Assembly (NCBI GenBank): GCA_016699735.1
Contig: CP065008.1
Coordinates: 404,032 to 468,031, forward strand
Direction of reading: 5' to 3'
DNA: 64,000 nucleotides
Source: Alphaproteobacteria bacterium
Lineage (GTDB): Bacteria > Pseudomonadota > Alphaproteobacteria > Micavibrionales > Micavibrionaceae
In this document: positions 19,607 to 28,839 of the stretch, piece by piece
How positions within the stretch are numbered: the stretch's first letter is position 1
Layout: each line of letters opens with the position of its first letter
Notes under the pieces: model-generated
Databases searched by the model: none
Told to the model about the DNA's origin: nothing
What the model saw: only the letters and a program-made list of their open reading frames with translations
Made by a program: the position numbers and the translations under genes

Positions 19607-20696
19607 AGTTAAGAAAATCATCGAAAATGCTAAGCCACCGGAAAGCAATATTTCTTATTGCCGGCTTTCAGAGGTTAAAGCTGAGCCAATTAAATGGCTT
19701 TGGAAAAATAGGATTGCCAGAGGAAAGATAACCATCTTGGCTGGTGATCCCGGTCTTGGAAAATCGCAGCTTACGGCATGTATGGCTGGCGTAGTAACAA
19801 ACGGCGGTGCTTGGCCCGTGGATAATGAACCTTGCCCGAAAGGTAATGTCGTATTTTTGTCAGCAGAGGATGATGCCTCTGACACGATCAGGCCAAGGTT
19901 AGAAGCTGTGGGGGCAGATTTGAATAAAGTTTTTCTTATCAATGCCGTTAAAAATTACGACCCCGAACACGAGAATTCTGAAAGAAGCTTTGATCTCAAG
20001 CGGGATATTAAGAATCTTGAGACATTTTTAAGAGAAATCGGTGGCACGGTCTTACTCATCATTGATCCAATCAGTGCCTATCTCGGCGGAACGGACAGTC
20101 ACAAAAACGCGGATATTCGTGCATTACTCGCACCTTTATCTGATCTGGCAGCCAAACATAAGATTGCCGTTATAGGAGTTACGCATCTTAATAAAAGTCA
20201 GTCTAGGCAGGCATTGCAGCGTGTAACTGGATCGCTGGCTTTTGTAGCTGCGGCACGAGGGGCCTTTGTAGTAGCAAAGGATCAAAACGAGCCTGATCGC
20301 CGCCTGCTTCTGCCCATTAAGAATAACATTGGTGATGATCGAACGGGATTTGGATTTTCTATTGAATCCGTAACTTTATCGGGAGGAATCAGCACAAGCA
20401 AAATTGTGTTTGAACCTGATCTAGTTATGGAATCTGCTGACGATGTCTTGAATTTTGGCAACAATTTACAAGATCGTGGCGCCTTGGGGGAAGCAAAGGA
20501 GTTTTTGCAGCATGTTTGTATTATTGGGTGCACTGCTCAGCAAGTTAAGGAGCAGGCAGAAGAAGCCGGAATTTCCTACGCTACATTGAAACGGGCAAAG
20601 AAAGAACTGGGCATTAAATCCAAGAAAGGTGGTCAAAACGGTTCTTGGATGTGGAGGTTGCCTGATTTGGAAGAGGCTCAAGATGCCTACGATTAG
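19599..20696 (+). CDS. RecA-fold AAA_25/RepA-like replicative helicase
   Basis: Walker A ILAGDPGLGKSQL and Walker B LLIIDPISAY. The ATG at 19599 overlaps the primase stop (ATGAATAA). Confidence 0.7.
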   Translation: MNKVKKIIENAKPPESNISYCRLSEVKAEPIKWLWKNRIARGKITILAGDPGLGKSQLTACMAGVVTNGGAWPVDNEPCPKGNVVFLSAEDDASDTIRPRLEAVGADLNKVFLINAVKNYDPEHENSERSFDLKRDIKNLETFLREIGGTVLLIIDPISAYLGGTDSHKNADIRALLAPLSDLAAKHKIAVIGVTHLNKSQSRQALQRVTGSLAFVAAARGAFVVAKDQNEPDRRLLLPIKNNIGDDRTGFGFSIESVTLSGGISTSKIVFEPDLVMESADDVLNFGNNLQDRGALGEAKEFLQHVCIIGCTAQQVKEQAEEAGISYATLKRAKKELGIKSKKGGQNGSWMWRLPDLEEAQDAYD

Positions 20697-20699
20697 AAT

Positions 20700-21395
20700 G
20701 TGAGCATCTTGAGCATCTTCCAGCTTGGATTTTACATAGGATATGTCATGCTGAAATTACCCGCAGATATGAAAATAACCAATACTGCAGAAGCGGTGGC
20801 CATGAAATTATCTGCTAAGAAAATGGAAGATGATGCTGCTGTTAACGTCGATGATAATTTTAGTAGGCAGATCGCAGCTGATTTGGATGAAGCTGCTGAT
20901 TCTTATTTGATTTTGACAGAAACTCCTGTGAAGGGAGTGGGCGGGGAATTCGTTCAGCAAAAGGAAGGCAATCCCCTGATTTCTTGCCCTTCCCTGAAAA
21001 AGGCAGATCGAATTAACGTGGATGCAAGCCTTGACCGTGTGGAACTGGCGCACAAGAACGGTGTGTTAAATATGGCTCTGGATACTGCAGAAGCCTTAGG
21101 GGCCAAAAACGGGGCGGAGCAAATGCTGGCACACCAGATGGCGGCTGTGCACAGGATGAGCCTTGATCTGATGGCCGAGGCTGGAAACACACGCGATCCC
21201 GTTGAAAAATGCCGTCTACTCAACACGTCCGCACGGCTGATGGAGACTTACCAGAAGGGCTTGTTAACTATAAACCGCATCAGAACCGGCGGTCAGCAAA
21301 CCGTGACTGTGCAACATGTGCAGGTATCTGATGGTGGACAGGCCGTGATTAACGGCTCTTTAGATGTCTGCGGGAGGGGGGGCAGTAAAAAATGA
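20700..21395 (+). CDS. hypothetical protein (start uncertain; ATG at 20748 possible)
   Basis: ORF co-oriented with the replication module. No motif recognised. Confidence 0.4.
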   Translation: MSILSIFQLGFYIGYVMLKLPADMKITNTAEAVAMKLSAKKMEDDAAVNVDDNFSRQIAADLDEAADSYLILTETPVKGVGGEFVQQKEGNPLISCPSLKKADRINVDASLDRVELAHKNGVLNMALDTAEALGAKNGAEQMLAHQMAAVHRMSLDLMAEAGNTRDPVEKCRLLNTSARLMETYQKGLLTINRIRTGGQQTVTVQHVQVSDGGQAVINGSLDVCGRGGSKK

Positions 21396-21661
21396 AGGGG
21401 GAGTGTGATCGAAAAATGAATAACCCCATGCACGAGGCAAGAACAGCTCTAGCCCAACATCATAAATGCGGGGCGAACTGCCGAACGACCGGAAACCCGT
21501 GCCGAAATCCTTCGATGAAAAACGGCCGATGCCGGATGCACGGCGGCAAATCGACAGGCAGACCGATAATTCACGGCAGAAATACAGGGACTAAAAAGAA
21601 ACAATATGCCGAAGCCAGAAGATTACTGGCTACATTGAAGGATATCCTGTCCAGCTTATAA
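21392..21661 (+). CDS. small Cys-rich protein with CRMHGGKSTG motif
   Basis: 89 aa. Four spaced Cys (CGANC...CRNP...CRMHGG). ATGA overlap with the preceding ORF. Confidence 0.45.
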   Translation: MKGECDRKMNNPMHEARTALAQHHKCGANCRTTGNPCRNPSMKNGRCRMHGGKSTGRPIIHGRNTGTKKKQYAEARRLLATLKDILSSL

Positions 21662-22006
21662 GGGATAATCTCCGTCGGTATCCTCTTCCCTTTCATCTTC
21701 TTCATCAGCGTGCTTTCTCCAGAACTCTTTCAGATCAAGCCATGAAACGTGCTGGTTAAAAGCGTCCAATGCATCTTCGCAGGCACGGAAGTATTTGCAT
21801 GGCTCTTCCATGTCGTACCACACTCCAAGAGATGGGTGATCTGCCAGTTCATGCTCATGCCAAATAATTTCTAGTTTGCTGTCATCTGGCGGCTCGCCGC
21901 ATACGAACAGCACGTAATTTTTAGCGAGTTTAAGGCACAAAAGAATCCACGCCTCATCATCAGGCATTTCACCTGTATCGACGCTGCCAATATTTTCCCA
22001 AGGCAT
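21656..22006 (-). CDS. hypothetical acidic protein (116 aa)
   Basis: Last gene of a three-gene overlapping minus-strand cassette. Confidence 0.45.
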   Translation of the reverse strand: MPWENIGSVDTGEMPDDEAWILLCLKLAKNYVLFVCGEPPDDSKLEIIWHEHELADHPSLGVWYDMEEPCKYFRACEDALDAFNQHVSWLDLKEFWRKHADEEDEREEDTDGDYPL

Positions 22007-22410
22007 CAGTCCTCCTTAGCCCCATTTTTCTTCTTCTGTGAAGAATCATGCCTAAAAGCACGGATGTCTTTAAGGAGTTCGTCTGTTGAAACAGCTTCCA
22101 TTACTACTCCTTCCTCGGACAGTACAGGCATAATGATGCAATCCGGAGCAGAAGCCTTTTTCTTACGTCCCCCAAAGCCCCATAAGATCAGGGTAAAACC
22201 AAGAAAAAACCAAGGATGAGATGTCAGGAAGAAAGCAGCAATTACCAGCCCCACAATCCCGACAGTAGGCCCGTAGATAAGCAGCGTCCGTAACAGCGGA
22301 TTCCAGAATATTGCGGGATGATTGTGTCTAGGCTGGATAAAATAGGAGTTATAAACCCACCAGCCAATCTGTATAAAAATGACCTGTAAAATTCCAAAAA
22401 TCCAGATCAT
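22006..22410 (-). CDS. hypothetical membrane protein (134 aa)
   Basis: Three or four hydrophobic helices. 4-nt overlap with the upstream gene and 1-nt overlap with the downstream gene. Confidence 0.45.
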   Translation of the reverse strand: MIWIFGILQVIFIQIGWWVYNSYFIQPRHNHPAIFWNPLLRTLLIYGPTVGIVGLVIAAFFLTSHPWFFLGFTLILWGFGGRKKKASAPDCIIMPVLSEEGVVMEAVSTDELLKDIRAFRHDSSQKKKNGAKED

Positions 22411-22856
22411 TGTTCGTCTTTCAATTGAATCTGAAAGTAACCGGACTGCTCGCTCACGCTGGCTTGAATGGCATCGCCAAGAACGCCGAGGCCGTAACCG
22501 CCCATGACGTTACTGCCGCGCGGTGAGATTTCAAAGTTATAGGTCTTCTGCGGATCAGCATTGAATGTCAGGGCGAATTGTCCGGGTGCTGTCGGCGTCG
22601 ATACGGAGAGCGTATTCCGTCCTTGAGGAATCTCATGGACCACGCTTCCACCTCGCCCCAGACTGGCGATTTTTTCACCGTTTGCCCGAACATGCACAGT
22701 CGCGGCCAGATACATCATGCTGGTGTTGCGGGTGATAACGACGCGCGCCTTATCTTCGGGAACAGGCTTATTCAGTGCTGTCACATCAACCGGGCCTGTC
22801 GTGCCACACGCAGTTAGAAAAATGACAGTAAATAATGATGGTAATAGTTTTTTCAT
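22407..22856 (-). CDS. lipoprotein (possibly DUF2846-like)
   Basis: Lipobox in MKKLLPSLFTVIFLTACGT. Confidence 0.55.
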   Translation of the reverse strand: MKKLLPSLFTVIFLTACGTTGPVDVTALNKPVPEDKARVVITRNTSMMYLAATVHVRANGEKIASLGRGGSVVHEIPQGRNTLSVSTPTAPGQFALTFNADPQKTYNFEISPRGSNVMGGYGLGVLGDAIQASVSEQSGYFQIQLKDEQ

Positions 22857-23122
22857 AACTTTCTCCCCTTTTGTTGTAAAAACGGCCTCCAGATTTCTCT
22901 GGAAGCCGGGGAGTTTTCAACCGTCACATGAACGGCGCAGCGTATTCACGCAAGCGCTATTATATTCCGCCGCCTCCCCGACCACAGGTCGAGAAGGCAT
23001 CGCTGGTAACGGCCCGATGCTGTTGGCCGCATGTGAAGAGGTTGAAACGCCCCAGAAGGTCAGATTTTCTGTCCTTCATGCAAAATTACTAGCACATTTT
23101 TTCAGCAAGCAGATAGCTCTTT

Positions 23123-26100
23123 ATGATAAGACGTAAAATGAACTTGAAACCTTTAAGAAGGACTATTTCGATGGTCGATTTCTCAAAAATCAGAATATAT
23201 AAAGGCGGTCAAAGTGCCGGATTTGAAGAGTTTATATGCCAGCTCGCACGGAGAGATACGCCTACAAAGTCTTTAGAGTTTCGGCGAGTAGAGGGCGCAG
23301 GTGGTGATGGCGGCGTAGAAGCCTATTGGGAGAAAAAGGATGGCACAAAAATAGGTTATCAAGCCAAATTTTTCCTTAAATCAGGGCAGATTGATTGGGC
23401 GCAAATAGACAAATCCGTAAAGCAAGCTCTTGATACGCATCCTACCCTAACACGCTATGTTGTCGCCCTTCCATGCGACCTTACTGACAAGAAAGGTAAA
23501 AAGGGCCAAGGCAAAACAGGATGGGGACACTGGCAAGAGCGTAAGAAGAAATGGGAAGGTTGGGCCGCTGCAAAGGGCATAATCGTTGCTTTTGAAACTT
23601 GGACAGCTTCCGAGATCCTTGACAGGCTGGCGAAACCTAATGCTCAGGGGATAAAAAAATTTTGGTTTGATACAGCAGAATTTACTGAGGATTGGTATAC
23701 GCAGCACATCGTTGAGGCGATTGCGAGACTGGGTGAGCGTTATCATCCCGAAGACCATGTGAATGTAACCGCACAGGCCATAGGACACGGTATTGTTCGA
23801 CATTCCTCTTTTGTTAAAGAACTATCTGATTTGTGTTCCAAAGCTCTAAAAATTCCATCAGCTCCTGATTTGGCAAATGACGATAGCGTTAAGGAAGTAG
23901 AGAAATATCTCCAAAAATTAGAGAAGCTCTCAAAAAATTTAGCTGACTTGGATTTTTCTGTGCCATGCGAGGTGGCTTTTCCAATAGATGAGCTTAATAA
24001 AACAATAAAATCTATTCGTGAGGAAATATCGCATAGTGAAGACTGGTATTGGAAAAAAAGGCGAGAATTTAATGAGGAAAATAAAATACCAAATTCACTT
24101 TATTATTTTAAGCAGAATCTCGAAAAGTTTGAAGACAGAGTAAGGAGGTTTTCGTATTTCATAGAGAGAGATCAATTTTTAGCCGACCAGACAAAGTTTG
24201 CAATCATTTCAGGTGCAGCCGGTACAGGAAAATCTCATCTTTCAGCTTTTCTTGCGGAATCGGCATACAAAGATCGGCGGCCCGTTTTCTTATTTAATGG
24301 AAATGATTTTTTTGGGGGTATCCAAGCTTTACAAAAGATAGCCGATATAATTCATAAAGGACTTCCGGAAAGCGAGGTTTTGGGAGCGATTAATGCAGCA
24401 GGAGAAGCTGCAAGAACTAGAGCCATAATAGTAATTGATGCTATAAACGAGGGGGCAGGTTCACATTATTGGTATAATGAACTTCCTGCTTTCATAGCTG
24501 CATTAGATAAATACCCCTATATTGCGTGTATCCTAACTTGCAGAGAAGAATATGAAGCGTACGCCGTTCCTAAAACAATCCATGATAAAGTAATACGGCT
24601 ACGCATAAATGGATTCTCTACAGTTGAAGAACAAGAAGAAGCGGCTCGCGTCTATTTGGATAAACGTGGGATTTCTCGTCCTGCTACCCCTTGGCTTAAT
24701 CCTGAATTTATTAACCCTCTATTTTTACGCAGCGCCACAACAGCACTGCAAAGAGATGGAAAAGCGGAGTTTCCAAAAGGTTTAACGGGAACAAGTGCTA
24801 TCTTTTCGTACTTTGTAAAGGCCACAGCAAATAATATGGCTGGCTTGTATCCGGCCCTTGGCAAAGGATTGCTGCAACGCATATTGGACAGCTTGCAAAA
24901 AATTGCAAAAGAAATGCTTGCCCAAAAAGAGGATCGGTTACCTTTCGATAAAGCTTTAGAAATTGTAAATAAATCCTTTGAAAATTATGCCCCACCCGCT
25001 GGCACAACATGGCTGGATGTTCTCATTCGCAATGGTCTTCTGCAATGTTTCCCGGCTTACAATCCTGACCCAGACCCTCTATTGCCTATAGAAGAGTCCG
25101 TTTGTTTCGCCTTCCAAAGATTCCAAGATCATGTGATGGCAAACCAGCTTCTTGAAAAGGTTATAGACCCGGTATCTGCTTTTGAGAAAAATGGCGTTGC
25201 AGCTTTCTGCATTGAAAAAATGGGTCAATGGAGCGGTTTAATTTCTGCCCTTTCGATCATCATTCCAGAAAAATACGGAAAGGAATTGATTGACTGTCTG
25301 CCAGAGAGAAAACAAGGGTGGTGGAATTACTCTACAGCCAAGGCATTTGCAGAGAGCGTTCGATGGCGTAAGAAGGATGCTTTTACTGATCGAACGCGAG
25401 AATTTTTAAGATATCTGCCCAGTCAAGGAATTGATGAGCTTTCATTGGTTCTTGAAATGAGTGTTTGTGAGGATCATCCCTTTAATGCAGCGAATCTTTT
25501 GCATCCAATTTTGATTGGCTTAAAGATGCCCAAGCGCGACTCTTGGTGGTCTATTGCTTTGACTGAGACAGACGACGATCATCCAATATACCAAATTATT
25601 GATTGGTCTTTGCAGGGTGCTCGCCATGTTAGCGCAGGGGAGGCTCATAAGCTCGCGGCTTTGATATTGGCTTGGTCTTTCTCCACTACAGCCCGGATCA
25701 TTCGTGACAGAGCAACAAAATCTCTAGTTTCTTTGATCGAAATCGACCCAGATATATTTTCTTTGCTAATTAAAGAATTTGGAGAGATCGACGATTTTTA
25801 TATTCTTGAGCGGATTTATGCCGCCGCTTATGGAGCAGCTTGCAGAAACCATGATGCAAAATGGATTTCTTCTTTTGCAGAAATTGCATTTAAGCATGTA
25901 TTTGCTGGCGGAAAACCGCCTCTGCATATTCGTATTCGTGATTATGCCCGCGGTCTGGTCGATATAGCTAAATCACAAAATCGTTTACCTAAAGGCGTTA
26001 ATGAAAAACTGGCTTATCCTCCATACAATTCGTCTCCTCCCAAGTTTAAAATCAAAGAAGAAGCTATTAAAAAGATCGCTGAAAAGGCAGGAGATAACAG

Positions 26101-27658
26101 GATATTAAATTCATGCTCCGCCTTTATAGGAGATTTTGGAATTTATGAAATTGATCCCGGCGCAAGACATTTTCTTACAGTGCCTCTTACACAAGAAATG
26201 CCTTTAACTGCAAGAGAGAAGTATGAGCGATTCAAAGAAGAGGTGATAGAGCCAAACAAGGCATACAAACTAGCATTTAAAGAATTAGAGGCAGCCAATA
26301 ACGACTTATCAATGTCTTTGTTCACAGTCTCTAAGAGTGATGACAATAAGGCAATAATAAAGATTAAAAAGCATTTAGAAAAAAATATGCCATTAATTGA
26401 ATCGGCTCAAAAGAAGCTCTTGGCACTTTTATCTAAAGACGAGAAGCAGCGTTATAAAAATGAAGTTGAACCCTATCATGATAGATCGGGTAAAGATAAT
26501 GATCCAAAACCTTTTGATTTAACTCAACTTAGGTGGTGGGTTGCAAAACGAGCTTATCGTTATGGTTGGACGAAAAAGCTTTTTGAAACGGAGCCTTCCA
26601 GACGCGGCTATTATTCAAGGGACAGACCAGTAGTTGAGCGTATAGGGAAAAAATATCAATGGCTTGCTTTGAGTGAATTGCAATGCCGACTTGCCGATAA
26701 TTACTGGCTTTCAGAAAGCTACAGGGGCACTTCAAGAAAATACGAAGGTCCGTTAAGCATCGGCTTTGAAAGAGATATAGACCCTACCATTTTACGACCG
26801 GAGAAAATTGAACAGGCGCAAGAGGAAGCTTTTGTAGGTCATCTCATGGGGCCGGAGATAGATTTGGGTGAATGTGAAGATAAAGATATTAGCCAATGGC
26901 CCTTTCTAGTTAATCCGGGCGATAAGCTTCCTTCGCTTGTATCTCGCATCGCGCCTGACGGAAAGAAATTTGTTGTTTTGTATGAACACCGCAGCACATC
27001 AGAGAAATATCCCGGCGATGATGATGATTATCGTGGGTACAAACGACAGGAATTTCGTTTTCTTTCCGCTGTGATCGTTTCAAAAGCAGACCGCATGAAG
27101 GTGGTTGATATACTGAAAACGACCAACGATTTGCATTTTGAAGATTGGGATCCTCTGGTTTTTACAGACGGCCCTTTCCTGTTGGAGCATCCTTGGCATT
27201 TCACATGGCAGTATGAGGAATGGGATAAGGTATTATGGAGAGAAGAAGACAGCCCCAAAAAAGCGCAAATCGTAACCCGTTATTGTTGGGAATCACATCT
27301 TGATAAAGCAATGACGGAAGGGTGTACGGTTTATATGCCTTGCCCATGGCTATGCAAAGTGCTTGGCCTGAAAAGAGCGGATGAAACTTCTACAAAATAT
27401 ATCGATAAAAAGGGGAACATCTCTGCAGTATGCGGCCACAGCCCCGAAGGGGGACGATTTGTAGGTATTGAGGCAGAATCATTTGAGCAATATCTCAAAG
27501 ACAACGGCTATGAATGTTTATGGATTTTTCTCTCCGAGCGAAACACGTTCCTTGATGGAAGACCCGGCGGCGGCGCTTATCGTAGGATAGAAGGCGTTGC
27601 ATGGAGGCAGGGCAAAGGATTGGCTAAAGAGATATGGAACAAGGATAGGACGCACTAG
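23123..27658 (+). CDS. Mrr-like PD-(D/E)xK nuclease fused to STAND/NACHT-like P-loop NTPase with about 1000-aa C-terminal region (Avs/bacterial-NLR-like)
   Basis: GGDGGVEAYW...KIGYQAKFF fits the Mrr_cat D...QxK pattern. Walker A ISGAAGTGKSHL (about 24212-24240). Walker B AIIVIDAINEG (about 24425-24452). True start may be the ATG at 23171 (MVDFSK). Confidence 0.7.
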   Translation: MIRRKMNLKPLRRTISMVDFSKIRIYKGGQSAGFEEFICQLARRDTPTKSLEFRRVEGAGGDGGVEAYWEKKDGTKIGYQAKFFLKSGQIDWAQIDKSVKQALDTHPTLTRYVVALPCDLTDKKGKKGQGKTGWGHWQERKKKWEGWAAAKGIIVAFETWTASEILDRLAKPNAQGIKKFWFDTAEFTEDWYTQHIVEAIARLGERYHPEDHVNVTAQAIGHGIVRHSSFVKELSDLCSKALKIPSAPDLANDDSVKEVEKYLQKLEKLSKNLADLDFSVPCEVAFPIDELNKTIKSIREEISHSEDWYWKKRREFNEENKIPNSLYYFKQNLEKFEDRVRRFSYFIERDQFLADQTKFAIISGAAGTGKSHLSAFLAESAYKDRRPVFLFNGNDFFGGIQALQKIADIIHKGLPESEVLGAINAAGEAARTRAIIVIDAINEGAGSHYWYNELPAFIAALDKYPYIACILTCREEYEAYAVPKTIHDKVIRLRINGFSTVEEQEEAARVYLDKRGISRPATPWLNPEFINPLFLRSATTALQRDGKAEFPKGLTGTSAIFSYFVKATANNMAGLYPALGKGLLQRILDSLQKIAKEMLAQKEDRLPFDKALEIVNKSFENYAPPAGTTWLDVLIRNGLLQCFPAYNPDPDPLLPIEESVCFAFQRFQDHVMANQLLEKVIDPVSAFEKNGVAAFCIEKMGQWSGLISALSIIIPEKYGKELIDCLPERKQGWWNYSTAKAFAESVRWRKKDAFTDRTREFLRYLPSQGIDELSLVLEMSVCEDHPFNAANLLHPILIGLKMPKRDSWWSIALTETDDDHPIYQIIDWSLQGARHVSAGEAHKLAALILAWSFSTTARIIRDRATKSLVSLIEIDPDIFSLLIKEFGEIDDFYILERIYAAAYGAACRNHDAKWISSFAEIAFKHVFAGGKPPLHIRIRDYARGLVDIAKSQNRLPKGVNEKLAYPPYNSSPPKFKIKEEAIKKIAEKAGDNRILNSCSAFIGDFGIYEIDPGARHFLTVPLTQEMPLTAREKYERFKEEVIEPNKAYKLAFKELEAANNDLSMSLFTVSKSDDNKAIIKIKKHLEKNMPLIESAQKKLLALLSKDEKQRYKNEVEPYHDRSGKDNDPKPFDLTQLRWWVAKRAYRYGWTKKLFETEPSRRGYYSRDRPVVERIGKKYQWLALSELQCRLADNYWLSESYRGTSRKYEGPLSIGFERDIDPTILRPEKIEQAQEEAFVGHLMGPEIDLGECEDKDISQWPFLVNPGDKLPSLVSRIAPDGKKFVVLYEHRSTSEKYPGDDDDYRGYKRQEFRFLSAVIVSKADRMKVVDILKTTNDLHFEDWDPLVFTDGPFLLEHPWHFTWQYEEWDKVLWREEDSPKKAQIVTRYCWESHLDKAMTEGCTVYMPCPWLCKVLGLKRADETSTKYIDKKGNISAVCGHSPEGGRFVGIEAESFEQYLKDNGYECLWIFLSERNTFLDGRPGGGAYRRIEGVAWRQGKGLAKEIWNKDRTH

Positions 27659-27873
27659 TACCGGAACTCAAATATGGGGTTGAACAAGATTATAGCTTGA
27701 AAACTATATGACACATCGAATTATTACTTTGACTGGATAATCAGAATCTTGCTATCAGAATGGAATTGATGTTTGTACACATTTTAGTTTTAGTCTTAAA
27801 TGGATAGTGCATTAAGAGGTGTAAGTTTTTTCAATGTTCTTGCATGATTAAAGCAGAATACAAAGGGTAAATT

Positions 27874-28839
27874 ATGAATAAAGTTGTTTGCTGTATTCTG
27901 ACTGTCCTTTTGGCTTTCCTCGTTTCTGCTAGCTTTAGATATGCATACGCAGAACCGACATTAGAGTTAAGTCGTCAGGAAAAAATAAAGCGCTCCTTCG
28001 AAAAGTATCTTGAAAATTTTTTGTTAAAGAGCCTTATACCAGAGAGCAACGTCGCACCATCAGTTATTTCACATAGAGAATCCCACGATTCCGTGTATGA
28101 AGAGCTTCACAAAAGGCATCCACAACTGATCCCGCTTTTTACACTAAATAAAACACATGATTTGTACTCACTTTACAAATTATCAAACCCTCCGAAAGTG
28201 TTTCTGGGCTACCCTGAATACCTTCAGCCAAGATATGATGGAGAAGAAAAACAGGAGGGACGCAAGAAAGCATTTGAATATTCAAAGCTACTCAATGAGA
28301 AACTAAAGGATTTTGAGTGGCCAGAAAATTTTTCGGTCGTACTATCGCCCAAAGAGGCGAACATCTTCATCTTTCCTGTTGAAAAGAAAACATTCATCTA
28401 TGTCTCGGTACCCAGTCGTCTCTCAATACATTCCAAATCACGAGGCAACTATGAAAATTTATTCTTAAACATTAACGATACTTTCTACAACGCTACATCC
28501 TTCAAGTTAAACGATGAGGGATTAAGCGGAGAGTTCTTTACTACAGAGGAAAGAAAAATACTTGTCTCTTTCTGCCCAATAGACATGCAAAAGAGTGATC
28601 CTGAGATCAAAGAAAGCGTAGATCTATGCCTTATTAAATCACAGGGACTCCCCGGATTTAGCCGAATAATGCCCTTCCAGAAAGCTTATTATCGAGAATG
28701 GGGAGCGATCCTTAATAAATTTTCTGCCTGTATCTTTGATGAGGGCACGAGTTCTTTCACCGATATCGATTTCTCATCTGCTTTTAAAAAGTGCTTGAAA
28801 GAAAAGGATTATATAAATGCCGGTAAGCTTTTCGAGTGA
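27874..28839 (+). CDS. secreted hypothetical protein (321 aa)
   Basis: Signal peptide MNKVVCCILTVLLAFLVSASFRYAYA. AT-rich. Overlaps the RTX gene start by 23 nt. Confidence 0.5.
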   Translation: MNKVVCCILTVLLAFLVSASFRYAYAEPTLELSRQEKIKRSFEKYLENFLLKSLIPESNVAPSVISHRESHDSVYEELHKRHPQLIPLFTLNKTHDLYSLYKLSNPPKVFLGYPEYLQPRYDGEEKQEGRKKAFEYSKLLNEKLKDFEWPENFSVVLSPKEANIFIFPVEKKTFIYVSVPSRLSIHSKSRGNYENLFLNINDTFYNATSFKLNDEGLSGEFFTTEERKILVSFCPIDMQKSDPEIKESVDLCLIKSQGLPGFSRIMPFQKAYYREWGAILNKFSACIFDEGTSSFTDIDFSSAFKKCLKEKDYINAGKLFE

